This document shows positions 22,656 to 34,743 of a DNA stretch of 64,000 nt, one piece after another. A model generated the notes under the pieces. That model saw only the letters and a program-made list of their open reading frames with translations, was not told where the DNA came from and searched no databases. Within the stretch, counting starts at the first letter, position 1, and every line of letters starts with the position of its first letter. Made by a program: the position numbers and the translations under genes. Source of the DNA: the human T2T-CHM13v2.0 reference genome, Homo sapiens; the NCBI RefSeq assembly GCF_009914755.1, contig NC_060940.1. The stretch is one strand, 5' to 3'.

Positions 22656-25600
22656 ATGGCCTTGCCAACGGCTCGACCCCTGTTGGGGTCCTGTGGGACC
22701 CCCGCCCTCGGCAGCCTCCTGTTCCTGCTCTTCAGCCTCGGTGCGTACTTGATGGGGCTGCTGGTGAGGTGGGGACGGCCCAGGGGCCTTGGGGGCCAGG
22801 CCCCCAGCAAGGCTTTGCCTGCCCCTGCCTTCTCCCTGGAGTGCCTGTGGTGGCCACGTCTCAGCAGCAGTCTCTGCCCCCAGAGGTGACTGGAGCTGGA
22901 GATCCAGCCAGGGAGTGATGGGGCTCAGGACACAGTGGGGATGTCTGTGGGATGGGTGGTCTGACCGGCCAAGCAGCCGGGTCTCAGGGAAAGATGTGGA
23001 AGGCCGGGCTCCCTGGTGGAGTCCCGACCCCTGTGCCTGGGGGACTGTGATGTCACGGGGTACATGGGCCTGAGCCACTGGCTTCTCTTTGGGGTGTGCA
23101 CAGGGCTGGCTGTGGGGGCGGCCAGGCTCTGCCTCCTTCCTCCCCTGGGTCAGGGCACAGCCCAGAGGCCCGCCCCCTCCCCCAAGCTGTCCCCTCTGCC
23201 CCTTTAGGATGGGTGCAGCCCTCGAGGACCCTGGCTGGAGAGACAGGGCAGGTAAGGTCCCCTCTGGGGAAACAGGGGAGGGTCTTCAGGTCCCAGGTGG
23301 GGGTGCCATGCTGTGTTCTCTCTGTCACGTATCCACGGTGCTTGCCAGTTTCCACGGTCCTTGCTTGCAAAGGGGCACCTGGACCTGCATGTGACTGGCC
23401 TGGGAGCAGCCAGGTCCAGGGAGCGGCAGAGCTGAAATTGCAGCTGGGTCTGGGAAGTAGATGGATGAGAAGCAGCCAAGCCCATGGGTCTGAGACACAG
23501 CCAGGCCTGGGAAGTAGCTGAACTCGGGGAGTACCTGGCCCAGGGGTAGCGGGACCTGGGAACTCCTGCTCCAGAGAGCTGGTCTGAGCCATGTTCAGCA
23601 GGCCCTGTGTCCCCAGGAGGCTGCACCCCTGGACGGAGTCCTGGCCAACCCACCTAACATTTCCAGGTGGGTCTGGGGTCCTCACAGTCCTCAAGGGTGA
23701 GGCTCGAGGGGCCCTCGGGACTGAGGGTGGGCAGGGCACCCCATCCCCCAGCATCCCATCCCCCGTCCCCTCCCCCACACCCCTCCCCCACCCCCACGTC
23801 CCCTCCCCACCCCTCCCCCACACCCTCCCCCACCCCTCCCCATGTCCCCTCCCCTACCTCCTCCCCCCGCATCCCCTCCCCCCGCATCCCCTCCCCCTTC
23901 CTCCTCTGCTCCACCTCAGATCTGACTGGGCTCAGGACTGCGGGAGGGACTGACACCCCTCAGGTGATGGCAACTCCCGGCCCTTGAGGGCGTCACCTGG
24001 TCTTGGGGGGAGGTCTGCAGGGAGCACCAGGGTCCTTTGGGGAGAGGTGGGGCTGTGGGGCTTGGGGAGCACTGGGTGGACATTGCAGGGGAGGGGCGAT
24101 CGTGGGTGCCCAGCCCGACCCTTCCTGCAGCCTCTCCCCTCGCCAACTCCTTGGCTTCCCGTGTGCGGAGGTGTCCGGCCTGAGCACGGAGCGTGTCCGG
24201 GAGCTGGCTGTGGCCTTGGCACAGAAGAATGTCAAGCTCTCAACAGAGCAGGTCAGTCTCAGTTGGGCTGAGGCAGGTGGGCACAGCTGGGGCTGAGGAA
24301 TTCACAGGCAGCTCTGCAGTGCCCACCTTGCCACCACGGTCCCCTCTGTCCCTGCTGCCATCTCTCCCCGGCCAGTTCTTCCCAGAGTTCCTCTGGCCAC
24401 CCGAGCTGACCACTGGGGTGCCTGTCCACGTCAGGGGCTGGCTCCCCAGGAGCAAGTCTGAAATGACGCTGTGTGCTGGGCCCCCTCCTGGAGCGCCGTG
24501 GGCAGCCCTCCAGGCTCTGCCCCAAGGGTGAATCTTTTTCGGGGGAGTGGGTGAGATCTGGGGAAGGGGAGCGGAGCCAGGCACGGGAGCCCCCATCCCC
24601 CGGGGCAGCGCTGCAGGCGGCCAGAGATCCACTTCCACAGATTCTCGTGGCCAGGGCAGGGGTGTGTTGTGGTGGGCAGACTGGCCAGGCGACCCTGGCC
24701 CACCATGTGAGTGGCGGCTCGAAACGCTCTGTGCTGGACTCCCTGCCCCTGCAGCTGCGCTGTCTGGCTCACCGGCTCTCTGAGCCCCCCGAGGACCTGG
24801 ACGCCCTCCCATTGGACCTGCTGCTATTCCTCAAGTAGGCCCTGCCCCCTGAACCCACCCCCCCGGCTTTTGCCGCCAGCCCTCAGCCCCCAACCCCCTG
24901 CCCCTTGCCTCGGATCCCAGGCCACAGCAGAGATGTGGAGGCCGGCCGGGCTGCCTCTCAGGGTGGGGACGGGTGTGATCAGTGCGGCCTGTCCCCAGCA
25001 CCCTCTCTTCACAGCCCAGATGCGTTCTCGGGGCCCCAGGCCTGCACCCGTTTCTTCTCCCGCATCACGAAGGCCAATGTGGACCTGCTCCCGAGGGGGG
25101 CTCCCGAGCGACAGCGGCTGCTGCCTGCGGCTCTGGCCTGCTGGGTAGGGGCTGGGGCCAGCGCGGGGCGGAGAGGGCTCGGCAGTTCCAAAAGCGCTGA
25201 GGCCAGCCTCTCTGCAGGGTGTGCGGGGGTCTCTGCTGAGCGAGGCTGATGTGCGGGCTCTGGGAGGCCTGGCTTGCGACCTGCCTGGGCGCTTTGTGGC
25301 CGAGTCGGCCGAAGTGCTGCTACCCCGGCTGGTGAGCTGCCCGGGACCCCTGGACCAGGACCAGCAGGAGGCAGCCAGGGCGGCTCTGCAGGGCGGGGGA
25401 CCCCCCTACGGGTAAGTGAAGGTGTCTGGAACCTCGAAGGCTCACCTGGCGGCGTGGTATCAGCAGCGTGAGGACACCTGCGGCCACGCCTCAAGGCCCA
25501 GGGTCAGTCACCCCCGCCACCACCCCTGCCAATGCCCCCAGCGTCCCCTCCACAGCCAGGGGGTACGGCCTGGCCTCTTCCCTCTCTGGGGCTGCACGTG

Positions 25601-28600
25601 GGGGGTCCCTGAGCTGTGTCCCGTGTCTGCACAGCCCCCCGTCGACATGGTCTGTCTCCACGATGGACGCTCTGCGGGGCCTGCTGCCCGTGCTGGGCCA
25701 GCCCATCATCCGCAGCATCCCGCAGGTGAGACCCCGATCCCCAGCCCGTGGGGATGCCCGGCCACCCGAGGCTCAGCCCAGGTCCTGCTCGTCCTCAGGG
25801 CATCGTGGCCGCGTGGCGGCAACGCTCCTCTCGGGACCCATCCTGGCGGCAGCCTGAACGGACCATCCTCCGGCCGCGGTTCCGGCGGGAAGTGGAGAGT
25901 GAGTGCCGTGCCCTGCGCAGTCTGGCACCAGGCTGGGCAGCACCCCTGGGGGTGGGCATCACTTTAGGGTCTCACCTGCCCCTCCCTGGCTCTGCAGCAC
26001 ATCCCATTATAATCACAGAGAGTGGACAGAATCCCTGTTTGCCAGTGGGTAAACTGAGGCACAGGGAGGGTCACAAATGGCCCGAGGTCTCATCTCACAG
26101 GAGGTGTGGGAGGAAGAAGGGGTCAAACGAACTCCGGCCCTGACCCCTGACCCCTGTGCCCTGCAGAGACAGCCTGTCCTTCAGGCAAGAAGGCCCGCGA
26201 GATAGACGAGAGCCTCATCTTCTACAAGAAGTGGGAGCTGGAAGCCTGCGTGGATGCGGCCCTGCTGGCCACCCAGATGGACCGCGTGAACGCCATCCCC
26301 TTCACCTACGAGCAGCTGGACGTCCTAAAGCATAAACTGGATGAGGTAGTTCATGACTCAAGTTCCCACCGGCCTGCTGTGTCCAAGCCATCCCCAGCCC
26401 CGCTGGGAGTGACATGGGCCCTCCTGGTCTCTTGGCCTGCAGCTCTACCCACAAGGTTACCCCGAGTCTGTGATCCAGCACCTGGGCTACCTCTTCCTCA
26501 AGATGAGCCCTGAGGACATTCGCAAGTGGAATGTGACGTCCCTGGAGACCCTGAAGGCTTTGCTTGAAGTCAACAAAGGGCACGAAATGAGTCCTCAGGT
26601 GACCGTCCGGCTCGGGGGTCATGTGGCATGAGATTGGGAAGGGCTGAGGGGCAGAGTGGGGGACAAAGCCTGAGGTTGGGCGGGCCTGGGGTCAGGGGCA
26701 CGGCCTGAGGTTATGCTGGTGGTGGAGGGATACATCTCTCCTTGCCACAAGGCTCCTCGGCGGCCCCTCCCACAGGTGGCCACCCTGATCGACCGCTTTG
26801 TGAAGGGAAGGGGCCAGCTAGACAAAGACACCCTAGACACCCTGACCGCCTTCTACCCTGGGTACCTGTGCTCCCTCAGCCCCGAGGAGCTGAGCTCCGT
26901 GCCCCCCAGCAGCATCTGGTGAGTCCCCAGAACTCTGCCCGGCAAGGTGGGTCCGTGTGCTGGCGCTCACTGTCCACCCACCGTGTCCCCAGGGCGGTCA
27001 GGCCCCAGGACCTGGACACGTGTGACCCAAGGCAGCTGGACGTCCTCTATCCCAAGGCCCGCCTTGCTTTCCAGAACATGAACGGGTCCGAATACTTCGT
27101 GAAGATCCAGTCCTTCCTGGGTGAGCCAGGGTGGGCAACACAACGGGGGAAGCACAGACTCCACTCGGGGGTGCCAGGCCTTTGCCTCGCCGGGCCGTCT
27201 GCTGCCAGGGTAACTGGGTGGTCACCCGCCCTCTGCCCCCCGGGGTGTGTATGGCCTTAGGGGCTGTGGGTTCTGACCCCAGCTCGGGGCGCCAGCCACC
27301 TCCAGAGTCTCCCACGCCTGGGGGTCAGGCGGCCAGGCAAACCCAGGCCCTGGAATCCCTAAGGAAAAAGGGAAGCCCTGTAAGGCAAGTGGGCTTCCTG
27401 CAGCCTGTGGTCAAGGGCCTGGGGGTGTGAGTTGAGGCCTCAGCTCGGGCCCCTCTCCCGGCGGGCAGGTGGGGCCCCCACGGAGGATTTGAAGGCGCTC
27501 AGTCAGCAGAATGTGAGCATGGACTTGGCCACGTTCATGAAGCTGCGGACGGATGCGGTGCTGGTATGGCGAGCGGGAGGAGGGGCGTGTGGAGGAGGGG
27601 CCCGTGGAGGAGGGGCGAGTGGGAGGAGGGGCGCGTGGAGGGGGGGGCCAGTGGAGGAGCCCCGGTGGAGGGGCGCGTGGAGGAGGGGCGCGTGGAGGAG
27701 GGGCGAGCGGGAGGAGGGGCACGTGGAGGAGGGGCGAGCGGGAGGAGGGGCGCGTGGACGGGGTGCGTGGAGGAGGGGCGCGTGGGGGGGGGCGCGTGGA
27801 GGGGGGCGCGTGGAGGAGGGGCGCGTGGAGGGGGCGCGTGGAGGAGGAGGGGCGCATGGGGGGGTGTGGAGGGGGGCGCGTGGAGGGGGCACGTGGAGGG
27901 GTCGCGTGGAGGAGGGGCGCGTGGAGGGGGCGCGTGGAGGAGGAGGGGCGCATGGGGGGGTGTGGAGGGGGGCGCGTGGAGGGGGCACGTGGAGGGGTCG
28001 CGTGGAGGAGGGGCGCGTGGAGGGGGCGCGTGGAGGAGGAGGGGCGCATGGGGGGGTGTGGAGGGGGGCGCGTGGAGGGGTCGCGTGGAGGAGGGGCGCG
28101 TGGAGGGGGGCGCGTGGGGGGGTGTGGAGGGGGGCGCATGGGGGTGCGTGGGGGGGCGCGTGGAGGGGGGGCGTGTGGGGGGGCGCGTGGAGGAGGAGGG
28201 GCGCATGGGGGGGTGTGGAGGGGGGCGCGTGGAGGGGGCACGTGGAGGGGTCGCGTGGAGGAGGGGCGCGTGGAGGGGGGCGCGTGGGGGGGTGTGGAGG
28301 GGGGCGCATGGGGGTGCGTGGGGGGGCGCGTGGAGGGGGGGCGTGTGGGGGGGCGCGTGGAGGAGGAGGGGCGCATGGGGGGGTGTGGAGGGGGGCGCGT
28401 GGAGGGGGCACGTGGAGGGGTCGCGTGGAGGAGGGGCGCGTGGAGGGGGGCGCGTGGGGGGGTGTGGAGGGGGGCACATGGGGGTGCGTGGGGGGGCGTG
28501 TGGGGGGGTGCGTGGAGGAGGGGCGCGTGGAGGAGGAGGGGCGCATGGGGGGGTGTGGAGGGGGGCGCGTGGAGGAGGGGCACATGGAGGGGGGGGCAAG

Positions 28601-29251
28601 TGGAGAAGCCCTGGTGGAGGGGCGCATGGAGGAGGGGCCAACGGGGGGTGGGAGGGCGTGTAAGGCGGGTCTGCAGTGGGGCGAGGCCTTAGGAAGGGCA
28701 GCATCTTCCCGTGTGGTGGGGCCTAGGGAAGGGCAGCCATTGAGCTGAGGTCAGCTGGCCGGAGACCTCCGAAGTCTGGAGAGGCTGCGGTGGGCATCTG
28801 TGGGTGGGGCAGTTTGGACACAGGAGAGCCTGGCAGCCCTCTGGCGGCGCTGAGGGAAGGAGACCCTCCTTGATGGCTGCCCGGGGTCTCTGGCAGCCGT
28901 TGACTGTGGCTGAGGTGCAGAAACTTCTGGGACCCCACGTGGAGGGCCTGAAGGCGGAGGAGCGGCACCGCCCGGTGCGGGACTGGATCCTACGGCAGCG
29001 GCAGGACGACCTGGACACGCTGGGGCTGGGGCTACAGGGCGGCATCCCCAACGGCTACCTGGTCCTAGACCTCAGCGTGCAAGGTGGGCGGGGCGGCCAG
29101 GCCAGGGCTGGGGGCAGAGCTGGGGGCGTGGAGGTGGGCGCTCTGAGTCACCCCTCTCTCTGTAGAGGCCCTCTCGGGGACGCCCTGCCTCCTAGGACCT
29201 GGACCTGTTCTCACCGTCCTGGCACTGCTCCTAGCCTCCACCCTGGCCTGA
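22656..29251 (+). CDS. MSLN: Mesothelin precursor (MPF plus GPI-anchored mesothelin), 622 aa
   Basis: Exons 22656-22740, 23208-23251, 23617-23666, 24131-24251, 24755-24834, 25015-25144, 25218-25411, 25635-25725, 25799-25898, 26167-26345, 26443-26598, 26776-26918, 26993-27120, 27469-27563, 28897-29083, 29166-29251 = 1869 nt, all GT/AG. Signal peptide MALPTARPLLGSC, furin site RPRFRR (25871-25888), hydrophobic GPI tail. An alternative acceptor at 26752 adds APRRPLPQ. Confidence 0.98.
27567..28650. repeat. G-rich complex VNTR in the MSLN intron after coding exon 14
   Basis: About 1.1 kb of GGAGGAGGGGCGCGT / GGAGGGGGGCGCGT / GGGGGGGTGT variants with higher-order blocks. Confidence 0.97.
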
Positions 29252-29351
29252 GGGCCCCACTCCCTTGCTGGCCCCAGCCCTGCTGGGGATCCCCGCCTGG
29301 CCAGGAGCAGGCACGGGTGATCCCCGTTCCACCCCAAGAGAACTCGCGCTC

Positions 29352-29357
29352 AGTAAA
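29352..29357 (+). terminator. Probable MSLN poly(A) signal (non-canonical AGTAAA)
   Basis: The only PAS-like hexamer about 100 nt after the stop; GT/T-rich sequence follows near 29382. Confidence 0.7.
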
Positions 29358-29652
29358 CGGGAACATGCCCCCTGCAGACACGTCTTGTGGCCTCCGAGGA
29401 CTTTCTGTGACCCCACCAGCGTGGCCCCTCTCCCTCTGGTCTTGCGCCCCCAGGCCAGGTGGGGGCCCTTGGAGGTCTTCCTGACCCTGCTGCCACTGTG
29501 CTGAGGGCCAGGCCAGCACTCAGGGTGGCCCCAGGAGCCGGTGGTGGGAGTCCTGTGCCCCTGTCCCCACAGGCTTGGCCCCGGCTAGGACATTCCCGGG
29601 CCCCCCTGCTCAGGCCCTGAGCACAGACACAGGCAGGACCACGACCGTGGAC

Positions 29653-29658
29653 TTTATT
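29653..29658 (-). terminator. Probable MSLNL poly(A) signal (AATAAA)
   Basis: TTTATT on the plus strand, about 480 nt past the MSLNL stop at 30138. Confidence 0.65.
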
Positions 29659-29680
29659 CATGTCCAGCAGTGAAGTCTGT

Positions 29681-29979
29681 GGCCCCAGCCCCGGCCCCGG
29701 CCCCAGCCCCGGCCCCACCCCCGGCCCCAGCCCCAGCCCCAGCCCCAGCCCCAGCCCCACCCCCGGCCCCAGCCCCAGCCCCAGCCCCAGCCCCAGCCCC
29801 GGCCCCGGCCCCACCCCCACCCCCGGCCCCGGCCCCGGCCCCAGCCCCGGCCCCGGCCCCACCCCCGGCCCCGGCCCCACCCCCGGCCCCGGCCCCAGCC
29901 CCAGCCCCGGCCCCACCCCCACCCCCGGCCCCGGCCCCGGCCCCGGCCCCGGCCCCGGCCCCGGCCCCGGCCCCAGCCC
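29681..29979. repeat. Interrupted hexanucleotide repeat (CCCCGG/CCCCAG/CCCCAC), about 50 units
   Basis: Read directly. Longest pure CCCCGG run is 8 units at 29923-29970. Confidence 0.98.
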
Positions 29980-30892
29980 TCCGCAGGGCCCGGGCAGCGT
30001 CTTCCGTGGCCCGCCTGGGCCTGTGGTTGTGCGGGAGGCACCTTCTTAGGGCCTGGTCCTCAGTCCAGCTCCCAGGGCCTGGAGGCGGGGATGGGTGGGA
30101 CGGTCTAGGAGGTGGGGCTTGGGTAGGTTGGCCTGGCCTAGAGCTGGCCCGTCAGCCCAAGTGGGCGTCCAGCTGAATCTAACACCTCTGTTTTTCCTGC
30201 ACCTGACCCCTGTGAACCCAGCCACCCTGAGGCAACGCTGTCCACAGAAACCAGGATGCAAGTCCCCCAGTGCAGCAGGCACAGGAGGCTGCAAGGCAGG
30301 GCCATCGCCAGGGGCAGGTACCCCAGGGGGGCCCACAGGCTGCCTGTAGATGGAACAGGGAGGCCACCATCAGTCCCACCAGACGCTACCCCCATATCCA
30401 CCCCCTAGAGCCAGACAGGCCTGGGCAGCCCCTCCCTCTGGCTGGGGAGGGTGGGGACAGCCAGCGAGGACACCCACCTGCGGCTGCTCTCCTGGGACCC
30501 AACAAAGGTCTCAAAGTTTCCCCTGCTCCCACTTTCTGCTGGTCAGTGGGTTTTAGGAGAGGCAGCTGTATCTCTAACTCAGTGGTCAATGAAGGGTGAA
30601 GCAGGGTTGGCCAGCCTCATCCCAGGAGGCAATGGACAAAGCTGGTGGACAGGCCTGTGGGAGTGGCCACGAGGCGGGGACGGGTCTGAGAGGGCCCTGG
30701 GCAGAGGGGGCCAAGCCGGAGGGGTGCGGGGGCCATACCTGAGGTGGAGGCCTGGGCATCGTTCGTGGGCAGGCCCGAGGTGTGGACCAGATGGAGCACT
30801 TGGTGGGTGGTGCTGGGGGGCCCCCTGGTGCCGTGGGCTGGGCCAGTGGGGCCGGTGGGGCTGGCGTCCAGGCCGAGCTGGCCCAGGGTGGA

Positions 30893-30987
30893 GCTGTTGA
30901 GGCTGCGCAGCCAGGCCCTGACGGTGGGGTGGCTGCGGGCCTTCTGAAGGTCTCCCACGTTGTGGCCCAGCAGCGCAGTCACGTTGC
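30893..30987 (+). ncRNA. MIR662: microRNA 662 precursor (mature ~30953-30973, UCCCACGUUGUGGCCCAGCAG)
   Basis: Matches the miR-662 hairpin as I recall it. The arms GCTGCGCAGCCAGGCC and GGCCCAGCAGCGCAGT are partly complementary. Antisense to an MSLNL exon. Confidence 0.85.
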
Positions 30988-31329
30988 CAACATCCAGGCT
31001 CTGCGGAGAGGGGTGGGGCAGAGGGGCCGTGGGGCCACCTTCTGGGCCAGGGGAAGACCCACAGGGTAGGGCCAGACCCAGGATGGGGCAGATGGCGGGA
31101 GTGAGGCCCAGAAACGGCCTGGAGGAGGGAAGTGGGGGTATGCTGGCTGTGACCTGTGACCTAGGGGCTCCCCTGCCTGGGACAGCCCTGCACCCCCACC
31201 CCCACCCCCACCCCCACCCCCACCCCCACGGGGTAGCCCAGCCCCACCTGCAGCTCGAGGGGGTTCAGGCTGGTGAAGGTGTCGATGTCCATGGAGATGT
31301 TGGCGTGGGCCAGGTGCCGCAGCTCCTCC

Positions 31330-31515
31330 ACCGGGGCACCGCCTGGGGGGACGGGTGAGGGGGGCTGGGCTCCACCAGGGGAGCCGCCTGGGGGGACGGG
31401 GTGAGGGGGGCTGGGCTCCACCATGGGAGCCGCCTGGGGGGATGGGGTGAGGGGGGCTGGGCTCCACCAGGGAAGCTGCCTGGGGGGACGGGGTGAGGGG
31501 GGTGGGGCTTCTGGG
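31330..31515. repeat. 45/46-bp minisatellite filling an MSLNL intron, about 4 copies
   Basis: GCCTGGGGGGA recurs at 31341, 31386, 31432 and 31478. Confidence 0.9.
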
Positions 31516-31789
31516 GGAGGGGTGCCCACCCATGGACAGGGCTCACCGAGGTAGGGGCGCATGAGGCGGTAGTAGGCAGCTAGGGTCCCGCTGCTGCCGA
31601 AGGCCTCATGGGCCTTGGTGTAGAGCACGTCCTTCCGGCTCTGGGGGCAGGAGGAGAGGACCAGGGCCCCGGCCAGCCTGTGGGAGGCGGGAGGCTGAGG
31701 AGTTGGTCGCCAGCCCCCCACCCTTCCAACGCTGGGCATGGCCCTCCCTTCCCAAGCCACAGCTTTCCTCTCACCCTCTGTCCTGGGGG

Positions 31790-33274
<1,485 letters not shown>

Positions 33275-34102
33275 CTAATGCACCCCTGATGGCCTGGCTG
33301 AGCTGCACTCCCTGGCCTCAGTTTCCCCTCGCGGTCCTCCTTGGCTGAGGCGGGAGCTGCCTCCGAGGCAGTGGGGGGTTGGGGTTGGGTTTGGCTCACC
33401 GGAGCTCCTGGGGATGGATGGTCTGGATCTGGTGAGGACTCATCCAGCACAGGCGGGTGCCCCCGATGGCCAGCAGCAGGGCACCGGAGACTGTGCCATT
33501 GTGCTCCAGAAACTTCTGCAGCACAGCCTGGGGGCAGAGCCCGGGTCAGTGGGGCAGGCTGGGGCCTGGGGCCACCCACCTGCCCGCCCACCCAGGTGCC
33601 CTCACCTCTGTCTGGTTCTCCAGGGCCACGTCGGAGGCCAGCAGAGCCATGACCGTGTCCTGGGAGGTGATGCTCCACTGGCCGATCTCGGTGCGGGAGT
33701 AGAGGTAGACCAGCGAGGTGATGAGCCGCAGCTGATCCTCCGGGAGGCCTTGTGGGTAGATCTGAGCAGGTGGGCAGGGCTAGGCAGGGTCAGCAGAGGT
33801 GCCGCGCCCACCGGCCTCCCTGTCCCCACAGCCCAGCCGTGCACCTGTGCGAGCTTGGCCTTGACCACATGCTGGCACTCAGTGGGCAGCAGGTGCTGCA
33901 ACAGGGTGTCCAGGTTGGTTCTGAGGATGCAGCCATCCAGGCAGGACTCAAGCTCTGCACAGTCGTAGTGCACCAGGAAGAGGTCGTCCCGCAGCGTGGC
34001 GGCCGTGATGTTGCCTCAGACACAGGGTCCCCCTGGGGGGTGTGTGGGGTCCAGGCTGGTAACCGGGGCCTGGGCCAACCACCACTGCTGGCTCTGGGCG
34101 CC

Positions 34103-34743
<641 letters not shown>

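Noticed and set aside
27411-28748. Six long ORFs of 365-438 aa
   Set aside because: Products of a stop-free G/C VNTR in an MSLN intron; low-complexity translations with no independent gene signals.
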